Shown here in pieces: positions 45,974 to 55,841 of a stretch of 59,895 nt of DNA. Each line of letters starts with the position of its first letter. The first letter of the stretch is position 1. The translations under genes were made by a program, and so were the position numbers. The stretch is taken from sequence record SRR22947725_1575; one strand, given 5' to 3'. A model generated the notes under the pieces. The model was not told where the DNA came from and made no database searches. It saw only the letters and a list, made by a program, of their open reading frames with translations.

Positions 45974-48472
45974 ATGCCCGCCATGACACCCTGCCTCAAA
46001 CCATTGCTTATCCTCTTGGTCTGCCTGACTGGGTGTGGCGTGTTTAAAAGCCTTCATGGAGGCGAGCCGAATCCACACTGGGCCTTCCAACCCATACAAA
46101 AACCCAAACCGCCTTCAAACGATTCGCCAGCGATCGATTCCTTCGTGCAAGCCAGACTTGCCGGATCGGATCTCGCGATACAGGAGGAGGCATCTCCTCG
46201 GACCTTGTTGCGAAGGCTTTACTTCGACATGACGGGCTTGCCCCCTTCTTTCGAAGAAACTCAGGCCTTTTCGAAAGCACCTGACCGAGAGATTCCCTAC
46301 CAGAAAGCAGTCGAATCGATTCTGGCAAGCCCGAGGTACGGAGAACGATGGGCGCAGCATTGGCTGGATCTTGTTCGGTATGCCGATACGCATGGATACG
46401 AGGTCAACACGGAGCGAAAGAACGCCTGGCCGTACCGAGACTACGTCATTCATGCCTTAAACGCAGATAAACCTTACGATCAATTTGTATTCGAACAATT
46501 GGCAGGTGATTCCACGGGCCAGGATGCCGCCACCGGCTTTCTCGTCGCCGCACCGGCCCTGTTGCCCGGCCAAATAGGAAAGGATGAAGCTTCCAAGCGC
46601 CTTGCCCGCCAGGATGCACTGGATGAAATCATTGTCAGCACAGGAGAAACCTTTCTCGGAATCAGCATCGGATGCGCACGCTGTCATGATCACAAGTTCG
46701 ACCCTGTTTCCGCAGAGAATTATTATGCCTTTCAGGCTTTCTTTGCCGGCGTTGAATACGGGGATCGCCCTATCAAAAACCAAGCTGTTGAAGACCAGAA
46801 ATCAAAAGATCTGGCCAAGGTGGAACAACACTTGAAAGCGATCGAGCATCAACTGATTCTTTTGGAACCGCTCGCCAGTATGGATGCGTCTGATCATTCA
46901 CCGCGACGAGCCCCCATCGATCATCTTGGAAATGTGGAGCGCTTTGAATCGATCGATGCACGCTTCATTCGTTTTACGGTTTTGGGAACAGAGGGCAACA
47001 ACCGCCACGAACCATGCTTGGATGAATTGGAGATTTTTCGAGCGGGTGCCCGAAGTATCAATGTGGCACATTCATCGCTGGGGGTTAAGACATCTTCTTC
47101 CGGTAATTATTCAGAATCGGGCATCCACCAGCTCAAGCACATCAACGAAGGACTTTACGGGAACAGTCATAGCTGGATTTCGAATGAAAAAGGCGGTGGT
47201 TGGGTTCAATTTGAGTTACCTCGCATCGAGAGGATTGACCGCATCATCTGGTCACGAGATCGTACAGGACAATTCAAGGACAGGCTTCCGATCGAGTATC
47301 GCATTGAAATCGCCGACGAATCAGGCCAATGGCAAACCATCGCCGGTTCATGGGATCGCATTCCGATTGAGCATTCAGAGGTTGTCAATATTGCCACCAC
47401 CACTCCTGACAGACTGCAGGCCCGCAAGGCGCTTCTCGACAAACAGAAACAGTTGATTTCCAGACGAAACGCACTGGAACAAGCGCCGATGATTTACGGA
47501 GGGATTTTCCGCAAACCCGAGATCACCCATGTCCTTCATCGAGGTGATCCAGAACAACCCGGACAGCAGGTCACCCCTGGTCTTTCACCTCCTCTGGGCG
47601 ATCTTGAGTTGAGCCCGCAACACAGTGGAACGGAACGTCGAGTCGCATTGGCCCGTTGGATCTCCAGCCCAGCCAACCCCCTGACGGCACGGGTGATGGT
47701 CAACCGTATCTGGCAGTTTCATTTCGGGCGAGGCCTGGTAGACACCCCGAGCGATTTCGGGTTGAACGGAGCTCCCCCCTCCCATCCGGCACTTCTGAAT
47801 TGGTTGGCCGCGGAGTTCATGGAAAGCGGTTGGTCCATCAAACACATGCATCGACTCATCCTTCATTCCCGAACCTACCGGCAGTCAAGCCGCGTTCATC
47901 AGGCAGGTTTGGCAAAAGATGCAGACATGCGTCTGCTTTGGCGATTTCCGGGGAGACGGCTGGAAGGCGAAGCTATTCGTGACTCCCTGTTGCAAGTCAG
48001 CGGGAAGCTCAATCTCGAAATGGCGGGGCCGGGCTTTGATTTTTTCAAGAAGCGAGGGGGGCTGGATGGTTACCCTCCTGTCAGTCAATTCGGGGCTCAA
48101 GGAATGAAGCGAATGATTTATGCGCACAAGGTTCGCATGGAGCGCGTGCCCGTGTTCGGGGCCTTTGACTGCCCGGATGCTGGCCAGCCCATGTCCCGCA
48201 GAAACCAATCCACCACTGCCATTCAGGCGTTGAACTTATTCAACAGCCCGTTTGTTCAGGAGCAATCGAAGCATCTGGAAAAGCGAGTCGTGTCTCATTG
48301 CCCGCCGGATGCTTCGACCGCAGATCAAATCGTGATGTCATTCCAAATCACACTGGGCCGCCAGCCGACCCAAAGCGAACTCAAGGGAGCCCGCGAACTG
48401 ATGGATCAAGAAAGTTTGGCAACTCTTTGTCGAGTGCTCATTAACAGCAGCGAATTTGTTTATCTGCCATGA
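45974..48472 (+). CDS. DUF1549/DUF1553 (PSCyt2/PSD1) protein with inserted F5/8C-like domain
   Basis: [86 protein letters not shown]. Confidence 0.9.
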   Translation: MPAMTPCLKPLLILLVCLTGCGVFKSLHGGEPNPHWAFQPIQKPKPPSNDSPAIDSFVQARLAGSDLAIQEEASPRTLLRRLYFDMTGLPPSFEETQAFSKAPDREIPYQKAVESILASPRYGERWAQHWLDLVRYADTHGYEVNTERKNAWPYRDYVIHALNADKPYDQFVFEQLAGDSTGQDAATGFLVAAPALLPGQIGKDEASKRLARQDALDEIIVSTGETFLGISIGCARCHDHKFDPVSAENYYAFQAFFAGVEYGDRPIKNQAVEDQKSKDLAKVEQHLKAIEHQLILLEPLASMDASDHSPRRAPIDHLGNVERFESIDARFIRFTVLGTEGNNRHEPCLDELEIFRAGARSINVAHSSLGVKTSSSGNYSESGIHQLKHINEGLYGNSHSWISNEKGGGWVQFELPRIERIDRIIWSRDRTGQFKDRLPIEYRIEIADESGQWQTIAGSWDRIPIEHSEVVNIATTTPDRLQARKALLDKQKQLISRRNALEQAPMIYGGIFRKPEITHVLHRGDPEQPGQQVTPGLSPPLGDLELSPQHSGTERRVALARWISSPANPLTARVMVNRIWQFHFGRGLVDTPSDFGLNGAPPSHPALLNWLAAEFMESGWSIKHMHRLILHSRTYRQSSRVHQAGLAKDADMRLLWRFPGRRLEGEAIRDSLLQVSGKLNLEMAGPGFDFFKKRGGLDGYPPVSQFGAQGMKRMIYAHKVRMERVPVFGAFDCPDAGQPMSRRNQSTTAIQALNLFNSPFVQEQSKHLEKRVVSHCPPDASTADQIVMSFQITLGRQPTQSELKGARELMDQESLATLCRVLINSSEFVYLP

Positions 48473-49929
48473 AGTATTCCTTTCATAACAGCAACCCACT
48501 GATGAATAGACGGCATTTCCTGGGGTCCACTGCGACCGGGCTGGGTGCGGTGGCGCTCACTCAGCTTCTTTCCAATGACGGACTGCTGGCGGATCATCGG
48601 GTTCCCATAGATCCTGCTCGCCCGCACAAGGCACGCAAGCCCCATTTCCCAGCCAAGGCGAAGAATGTCCTCGTATTGTTCTGTGCAGGTGCATGCAGTC
48701 AGTTGGAAACATGGGATTACAAACCCGATTTAATCCGACTGGATGGAACCCCGATGCCAGGTGGACCTTCGGTGACTTTCCAAGGGCCTTCGGGCAATCT
48801 GGCACGTCCCCAATACAAGTTCAGACCTCGAGGCCAGACGGGAAAGATGGTCTCTGACATGTTCCCCCATCTTGCCGCGCGGACCGACGAGCTTGCATTT
48901 GTCCATAGCCTGACCAGCAAAAGCAACACACATGGTCCTGCTGAGAATTTCCTGTCAACGGGTTTTGCTCTGGACGGGTTTCCCAGCATCGGTGCCTGGG
49001 TGACTTACGCGCTTGGAACAGAAAATGAAAACCTGCCCGCATTTGTCGCCATCCCGGATCCACGGGGAATCCCTCAGGCCAGCATCAACAATTGGGGCCC
49101 CGGATTCCTGCCCGCAGAATTCCAGGGTACCTCGTTCAACGCACGCAATCCGATTCAGAACCTGAACACGCCAGGCAATAGAGCCCCGGAAAGCGACGAG
49201 GCCGCACGTCGCTTCTTGAGACAACTCCAGGAAGAACACCTCGCAACAAATCCTGGTGACAGCCAGTTGTCCGCACGCATTGCCAGCTATGAATTAGCGG
49301 CTCGCATGCAGTTGAGTGTGCCGGAAATCATGGACCTCTCTTCCGAACCAGCTCATTTACTCAAATCCTATGGCGCGGATGACACGGGTAACCAGGTCAA
49401 GGCAGACTTTGCCAAAAACTGCATCCTGGCCAGACGGCTGATTGAAAAAGGAGTGCGCTTTGTTCAATTGTTCAATGGCGCCTACGCATCGGGAGGAGCT
49501 TTGAATTGGGACGGGCACAATCAGCTCAAAGCACAATACGACGTCCATGCAGAAATCTTCGACCAACCAGCCGCCGCCTTGCTGGAAGATCTCAAGCAGC
49601 GCGGACTTCTGCAGGATACGCTGGTAGTGTGGTGCACTGAGTTCGGTCGAATGCCGATGTTTCAGAAAGGAGCACAAGGAAGGGATCACAATCCCAACGG
49701 ATTCACCGCCTGGATGACTGGAGCAGGCGTTCAACCCGGTGTCAGTTACGGGGCCACCGACGCACTTGGTTATGAAGCCGTCGAAAACATCAGTTCCATC
49801 CACGACCTCAATGCCACGATCCTCCACCTGCTTGGCCTCGATCACGAAACCCTCACCTACCGACACAACGGGCTGGAAAGAAGACTGACCGATGTCCACG
49901 GCTATGTGCTCGAAAAAATGCTGTCTTGA
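48469..49929 (+). CDS. DUF1501 domain protein (Tat-exported)
   Basis: [66 protein letters not shown]. Confidence 0.92.
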   Translation: MKYSFHNSNPLMNRRHFLGSTATGLGAVALTQLLSNDGLLADHRVPIDPARPHKARKPHFPAKAKNVLVLFCAGACSQLETWDYKPDLIRLDGTPMPGGPSVTFQGPSGNLARPQYKFRPRGQTGKMVSDMFPHLAARTDELAFVHSLTSKSNTHGPAENFLSTGFALDGFPSIGAWVTYALGTENENLPAFVAIPDPRGIPQASINNWGPGFLPAEFQGTSFNARNPIQNLNTPGNRAPESDEAARRFLRQLQEEHLATNPGDSQLSARIASYELAARMQLSVPEIMDLSSEPAHLLKSYGADDTGNQVKADFAKNCILARRLIEKGVRFVQLFNGAYASGGALNWDGHNQLKAQYDVHAEIFDQPAAALLEDLKQRGLLQDTLVVWCTEFGRMPMFQKGAQGRDHNPNGFTAWMTGAGVQPGVSYGATDALGYEAVENISSIHDLNATILHLLGLDHETLTYRHNGLERRLTDVHGYVLEKMLS

Positions 49930-50023
49930 TCAAAAAAACACTTGAAGAGCATCCAGTAAATTGGGTGATTAAATCCTGATTCGAGTACGAAGAATACTTG
50001 CGAAGAAACGTATTAGGCATAGA

Positions 50024-52741
50024 ATGGCTTCCAATTACCTCATGAAAACCTGCACCCTTATTTTGAATCGATCCAAGCTGTGGTTCGCGGGTAGCGTTGT
50101 TCTCGCCATTGCATTGTCCAAGATAAGTGCGTCTGAAACTTTGTGGTCATTGAAACCATTGGTCCGCCCTGCTCTTCCACAACCATCGATCACCAACGAA
50201 TCAAATAACCCCATCGATTGGTTCGTCGATCACATGCAAGTGCAACAAGGATTGAAGCCCTCACCCCGAGCAAGCCATCGCCAACTCCTGAGAAGGGTCT
50301 TCAATGATGTCTGGGGATTACCTCCCCTGTATGAAGATCTGGAATGGTTGAACGAAACGGGCATGGAGAAAGGTTGGGCACAGTTGGTGGACAGGTTACT
50401 TGGAAGCCCTCATTACGGGGAACGCTGGGCGCGACACTGGATGGACGTCATCCATTTTGCTGAGACGCACGGGCATGACGAGGATGCACCGAGAGAGCAT
50501 GCCTGGCCTTATCGTGACTATTTGATCCGCTCCCTCAACAACGACAAACCCTATGCCCAATTTGCTCAGGAACAGATTGCAGGGGATGCGATGCACCCGG
50601 GCAATGCAGAATCATTGATTGGTACCGGTTTTCTCGCAGCGGGGCCCTGGGATGAAAGCTCACAAATGGGCATTCAGGATGGAACACTTGATAAAAAAGT
50701 CGCTCAATACCTCGACCGTGACGACATGATCACAACCACGATGTCCACATTTCTCGGGCTCACGGTCCATTGTGCCAGATGCCATGATCACAAGTTTGAT
50801 CCGATATCCATTGAAGACTACTACTCTTTACAAGCGGTATTTGCAGGAGTGGATCGCAACAATCGACCGTTTGACCGCGACAATGACATCCACCAAAAAC
50901 GACAGACCTTATTGTCTCAAAAGACCGACTTGCTTGCGGACAGATACCCTGAAAGTGAATTATTGAATCAGCATGCGAAGACCCGTGTCGATCGTTGGAC
51001 TGAATCACGTCAGAGCGTGTTGGATCGGTGGACCTTCAGCGTTCCAGACTTCACAGAGGAAACCGCCTCAAAAGCCTCCTTCCAACCCAAGGACCACTCA
51101 CTCTTTTTCCCAAAACCCGCGAGTGATCAAGGCCTGCTTGCCTGGACATTCACCTCCCCTTACACAAAACCTACAGGCATTCAACTGGAGGTGCTCCCGG
51201 ACGACCGTCTACCCAATCAAGGACCCGGCTGGGCATCCAACGGCAATTTCAGATTGAGTGAATTCAAGGTGTTCTCTCGCCCCGCCCCCACGGCCCCCTG
51301 GGTTCAAGTCCAATTACAGCAGCCTCAAAACGATTTCAGTGAGCATACCACTTCGGTTCGATATTTGATCGATAACGACGACAAGACCACCTGGGGCATC
51401 CTCCCTCAAACCGGTACGGCTCATCGCTGCTTTTTCGAAATAAGCCCGGAGACGCTTATTCAGGAAGGAGGCCAGATCAAAATTGAACTGCAGCACCATC
51501 ACAAGGAGGCCCTCTGGATCGGTCGCTGTCGAGTTTCATTGACCGATGCAGCAAGGCAGGACATCCAACCATTCCTTGCGGCTGAACTCGACAAGGCATT
51601 TTCAACGCCAGAGGATCAGCGCACAAGAGTCCAACAACTCACACTTTCACGTCACGCCACTCTGGAACATTGGAACCAAAAGTTGAATGAGCTTCCTCCT
51701 TCATCGCAGGTTTATGCAGCAACCAGTTTCTTTAATTCGGCAGGTAATTTCAAACCTTCACTGGGTCCCCGCGAAGTTCGCAAACTAGTACGTGGAGACA
51801 TCCAGTCCCCAAGAGAAATCATGCTTCCTGGTGCCTTGTCACAGCTGAAGGACATCCCATGGAATCCAGGTGAGAGAGAACTGAGTCAGGAGAGCGAACG
51901 TCGACTCACTCTGGCAGAATGGATCAGTCACCCTCGCAACGGATTATTCTGGCGAACCATGGCAAACCGGATCTGGCAACATCATTTCGGTTCTCCCCTG
52001 GCGGGCACTCCCAATGACCTGGGGCATAGCGGGCAAGCCCCGACCCATCCTGAGCTTCTGGACTGGTTGGCCTGCGAGCTTCGTGACTCGAATGGTTCGC
52101 TGAAGCACCTTCATCGACTTATTCTCAACAGCAGCACCTATCAGCAAAGTGCCACATTCAGAGACGCAGCAGCCAAGATCGATGCGAGTAATCAGTACTA
52201 CTGGCGCATGTCACCAAGACGCCTGGATGCTGAATCATTTCGAGACACACTCCTGGCTTTATCGCAGGATCTGGCAACCGAGATGGGAGGCCCCTCTGTC
52301 AAACAATTCAACATGCGTCCAGGCATTCATGTGACGCCCATTGTCGACTACAAAGGCTTTGCCCCTGGCGAGTCCGCGATGACACGGCGCAGTATCTATC
52401 GCTTTTTGTTCCGCACCCTTCCAGATCCATTCATGCAAGCAATGGATTGTCCGGATGCATCCAGCTGGACCCCAAAACGGACCGTATCCATGGGACCATT
52501 GCAGGCACTGGCACTCATGAACGATGAATTCGTGATTCATATGGGGCAACGACTGTCCGAGACACTGAACAAAGATCACGGGAAGGTTCCCTCAAGTATC
52601 ACCGCTCTTTTCCGCAAGGCTTTGTTGAGGGATCCCACCCCTGAGGAAATATTACTTTTTTCTGATTACACAAGCCAGCACAGCCTGGCAAATGCGTGTC
52701 GTTTTTTATTCAACAGCAATGCGTTCATGTTTATCGAATGA
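50024..52741 (+). CDS. DUF1549/DUF1553 (PSCyt2/PSD1) protein
   Basis: [69 protein letters not shown]. Confidence 0.9.
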   Translation: MASNYLMKTCTLILNRSKLWFAGSVVLAIALSKISASETLWSLKPLVRPALPQPSITNESNNPIDWFVDHMQVQQGLKPSPRASHRQLLRRVFNDVWGLPPLYEDLEWLNETGMEKGWAQLVDRLLGSPHYGERWARHWMDVIHFAETHGHDEDAPREHAWPYRDYLIRSLNNDKPYAQFAQEQIAGDAMHPGNAESLIGTGFLAAGPWDESSQMGIQDGTLDKKVAQYLDRDDMITTTMSTFLGLTVHCARCHDHKFDPISIEDYYSLQAVFAGVDRNNRPFDRDNDIHQKRQTLLSQKTDLLADRYPESELLNQHAKTRVDRWTESRQSVLDRWTFSVPDFTEETASKASFQPKDHSLFFPKPASDQGLLAWTFTSPYTKPTGIQLEVLPDDRLPNQGPGWASNGNFRLSEFKVFSRPAPTAPWVQVQLQQPQNDFSEHTTSVRYLIDNDDKTTWGILPQTGTAHRCFFEISPETLIQEGGQIKIELQHHHKEALWIGRCRVSLTDAARQDIQPFLAAELDKAFSTPEDQRTRVQQLTLSRHATLEHWNQKLNELPPSSQVYAATSFFNSAGNFKPSLGPREVRKLVRGDIQSPREIMLPGALSQLKDIPWNPGERELSQESERRLTLAEWISHPRNGLFWRTMANRIWQHHFGSPLAGTPNDLGHSGQAPTHPELLDWLACELRDSNGSLKHLHRLILNSSTYQQSATFRDAAAKIDASNQYYWRMSPRRLDAESFRDTLLALSQDLATEMGGPSVKQFNMRPGIHVTPIVDYKGFAPGESAMTRRSIYRFLFRTLPDPFMQAMDCPDASSWTPKRTVSMGPLQALALMNDEFVIHMGQRLSETLNKDHGKVPSSITALFRKALLRDPTPEEILLFSDYTSQHSLANACRFLFNSNAFMFIE

Positions 52742-54156
52742 GTATTCCAAAAGCCATGCAGCGACGTGATTTCCTCAATACCCTGGGGGGAGGTTTTGGT
52801 GGCTTGGCCCTGAACAGCCTGTTGGCTGAGGAAGCCACTCAACCCCATATTGGTGATTACGTTCACCACAGACCCCGCATCAAGCGGGTAGTTCAATTAT
52901 TCATGAATGGTGGTGTAAGCCCCATGGATACCTTTGACTACAAACCTGCGTTGAAACCTCTGCACGGTCAGCGATTCAATCCAGGCGAGGGACAATTGGT
53001 GGAGTCTGTGACCAATTCACCCGGATTCAAGGTCATGGACAGTCCCTTTGAATTCAAGCAGCATGGGCAATGCGGGCAATGGGTAAGTGATGTCTTTCCA
53101 CACATGAGCGGTATTGTGGATGACTTGTCGTTCCTCATGTCCATGCAATCCACCAGCAACGTGCACGGCGTTGCGAGTTTCATGCAAAACACCGGTTTCT
53201 CGCTGCCGGGATTTCCATGTGCAGGTTCGTGGGTCAGTTATGCACTGGGTAAACTGAACCGCAATCTGCCGGAATTCGTAGTCATGCCTGACCCCAGGGG
53301 TCTGCCTTACAATAATCAGGGCAATTTCTCCTCAGGCTTTTTACCAGCAAAACACACGGGAACCGTCATTCAACCTTCAAGCGAGACTCCGGTTCCCTTT
53401 TTGAGCCCCCCTCCAACGATCAAGGAAATCACCGATCAAAGCGAATCGGATGGTTTGAGTTTATTGAAAAAGTTGAATGACTCACATCTCGCTGCATCCG
53501 GTGGAGATCTTCGAATGGAGTCGAGGATGCAATCCTACGAGGACGCTGCAAGATTGCAGTTACTGGCTCCTGAACTTTTTGATTTGAACCGTGAGAGCGC
53601 CTCCGTGAAATCCCTCTACGGTTTGGAGGCAGATGAAACACGTGACTTCGGCACACGCTGTCTGATTGCGAGACGCATGCTCGAGCGCGATGTACGCTTC
53701 ATACAAATATGGAGCGGAGCTGGAGGTCCAAAGAACAATTGGGACAACCACTCCAACATTCATACGGAGCTACCATGGATTGCAAGACAGGTTGACCAAC
53801 CCATCACAGGTTTCATCAAGGATTTAAAATCAACGGGGCTACTTGACGACACCCTGGTCATCTGGACCACGGAATTTGGGCGCATGCCTTTTACTCAAGG
53901 CACTTCAGGTCGTGACCACAACGGTGGCACCTTTGTTTCCTGGTTGGCAGGAGGAGGCATTCGTTCTGGAACCCGTATCGGGCAAAGTGATCCATGGGGT
54001 TGGAAAACAGAATCCCCGATCTGGTGTTACGATCTGCATGCTACTATGTTGCACTTGCTTGGCATTGACCACGAACGTTTGACTTATCGTCATAATGGAC
54101 TGGACAGACGCCTCACCGACGTGCACGGGCAAGTATTGAAAAGCATCCTGGCATAG
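52738..54156 (+). CDS. DUF1501 domain protein (Tat-exported)
   Basis: [54 protein letters not shown] overlap start at 52738. Confidence 0.92.
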   Translation: MSIPKAMQRRDFLNTLGGGFGGLALNSLLAEEATQPHIGDYVHHRPRIKRVVQLFMNGGVSPMDTFDYKPALKPLHGQRFNPGEGQLVESVTNSPGFKVMDSPFEFKQHGQCGQWVSDVFPHMSGIVDDLSFLMSMQSTSNVHGVASFMQNTGFSLPGFPCAGSWVSYALGKLNRNLPEFVVMPDPRGLPYNNQGNFSSGFLPAKHTGTVIQPSSETPVPFLSPPPTIKEITDQSESDGLSLLKKLNDSHLAASGGDLRMESRMQSYEDAARLQLLAPELFDLNRESASVKSLYGLEADETRDFGTRCLIARRMLERDVRFIQIWSGAGGPKNNWDNHSNIHTELPWIARQVDQPITGFIKDLKSTGLLDDTLVIWTTEFGRMPFTQGTSGRDHNGGTFVSWLAGGGIRSGTRIGQSDPWGWKTESPIWCYDLHATMLHLLGIDHERLTYRHNGLDRRLTDVHGQVLKSILA

Positions 54157-54295
54157 TTGATTGATCAGAGGTCACTCCATTCCTCTATCCATATTGGGGC
54201 TGAAACCTCATTCGACACACTTCATTCCATCAGCTGTCACAAAAATTGCTGATCCTTCAATTGCTTCTCCGGCCATCTTCCATCAACATGTAACC

Positions 54296-55678
54296 ATGTC
54301 TCTGATCACTCGTTTCAAGCATGCTTTTTATTGCGCCACCCTCCTTTGGTGCTCGGTTTCAGGTTTCACTGATGATCGTCCCAACATTGTATTGATCATG
54401 GCCGATGATTTGGGATGGATGGATCTTCATTGCCAGGGAAATGGTTTATTGGATACGCCCCATTTGGATCAATTGGCGTCGGAAGGCATTCGTTTCACCG
54501 ATGGCTACGCAGCCGCCCCTGTCTGCACCCCAACTCGAGCTGCCATCATGACCGGCATTTCACCTGCCCGATTGCACATCACCAATCACGCGCCGGGTAA
54601 TCCCGAACACATTCCTGAAAACTCCAACCTGAAAGGAGCCGAATGGACGACACATCTTGGACTTCAGTACAAAACATTGGCCGAGTATTTACAGGAGGCA
54701 GGATATGCGACTGGATTCATTGGAAAATGGCACCTTTCTCACACCAGAGACAAAGACTCGGAAGGTCCACTTGAGCCTAGATTACGTCCCGAGTTTCAAG
54801 GGTTTGACCTGAATGTCGGCGGCTGCAGTTACGGGGGACCTCCCAGTTACTTTGAACCTTACCGCATTCCAAACATTTCCCCACGCAAGGAGGGTGATTA
54901 CCTCCCTGAAAGATTGGCGGACGAATGCATTTCATTCATGAATCAAAAACGGGATAAACCGTTCTTTCTCTGCTGGTGGAACTACTCCGTGCATTACCCT
55001 ATTCAAGCCCCAGAACACCTGATCGAAAAATATAAAAAACGGGCAGGCGTGAAACGCCCCGATTACATGGCCATGATAGAAGGCATGGACACGGCTATTG
55101 GAAGAGTGCTTGAACACCTGGACGCCATGGGAGAGCGATCCAATACGCTGGTTGTTTTTACATCAGACAACGGATCACTCTTCGAAAATACACCTCTCCG
55201 TTCCAATAAGGGTTATCTCTATGAAGGTGGCATCCGAGTTCCGTGGATGATTCGATGGCCTGGCCACATCAAGCCCAACGCAGTATCCAACACGCCTGTC
55301 ATCAGCACGGACTTGTTCCCCACCTTACTGGAGGCAGCGGATGTAAGAATACCCGAAGGAGGAGTCAGTGATGGTGTGAGTCTCATTTCCATGCTGACAG
55401 GAAAAGAACAGCTTAATCGCAGGAGCGTGTTCTTTCACTATCCAAATTATGCTTTCCACAAAAACAACCGATTGGGAAGCGCCGTTCGGAGTGGCGATTT
55501 CAAACTCATTCAATTCTACGATGATGATTCAATAGAACTCTACAATCTGAAAGAGGATCTGGAAGAAAAGAACAATCTGGCCCCGATCCGCAGGTCAAAG
55601 GCTGCTGCGCTTCAACAGTCGCTTCAGACATGGTTGAATGAGAACAGTGCACGGATGCCGATGAGACTGATGCAGTGA
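54296..55678 (+). CDS. Formylglycine-dependent sulfatase
   Basis: RPNIVLIMADDLG, CTPTRAAIMTG (CxPxR), GKWHL, SDNG, KGYLYEGGIRVP, ELYNL..D..E..NLA. Confidence 0.95.
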   Translation: MSLITRFKHAFYCATLLWCSVSGFTDDRPNIVLIMADDLGWMDLHCQGNGLLDTPHLDQLASEGIRFTDGYAAAPVCTPTRAAIMTGISPARLHITNHAPGNPEHIPENSNLKGAEWTTHLGLQYKTLAEYLQEAGYATGFIGKWHLSHTRDKDSEGPLEPRLRPEFQGFDLNVGGCSYGGPPSYFEPYRIPNISPRKEGDYLPERLADECISFMNQKRDKPFFLCWWNYSVHYPIQAPEHLIEKYKKRAGVKRPDYMAMIEGMDTAIGRVLEHLDAMGERSNTLVVFTSDNGSLFENTPLRSNKGYLYEGGIRVPWMIRWPGHIKPNAVSNTPVISTDLFPTLLEAADVRIPEGGVSDGVSLISMLTGKEQLNRRSVFFHYPNYAFHKNNRLGSAVRSGDFKLIQFYDDDSIELYNLKEDLEEKNNLAPIRRSKAAALQQSLQTWLNENSARMPMRLMQ

Positions 55679-55841
55679 CTTCCCAGGTTGGAACTTTTCA
55701 AGCAGTCGCCAAACCCTCTCACTGCAAAGCATGGGAAACATATTTGTAACTTTTAAGCGCAAGTGTGGGTAATGAAATTTGAACTATAAAAAGCGTATCC
55801 TTTGACGCGATGTGAATATCGAACAAAAGAAGTTATTTATT

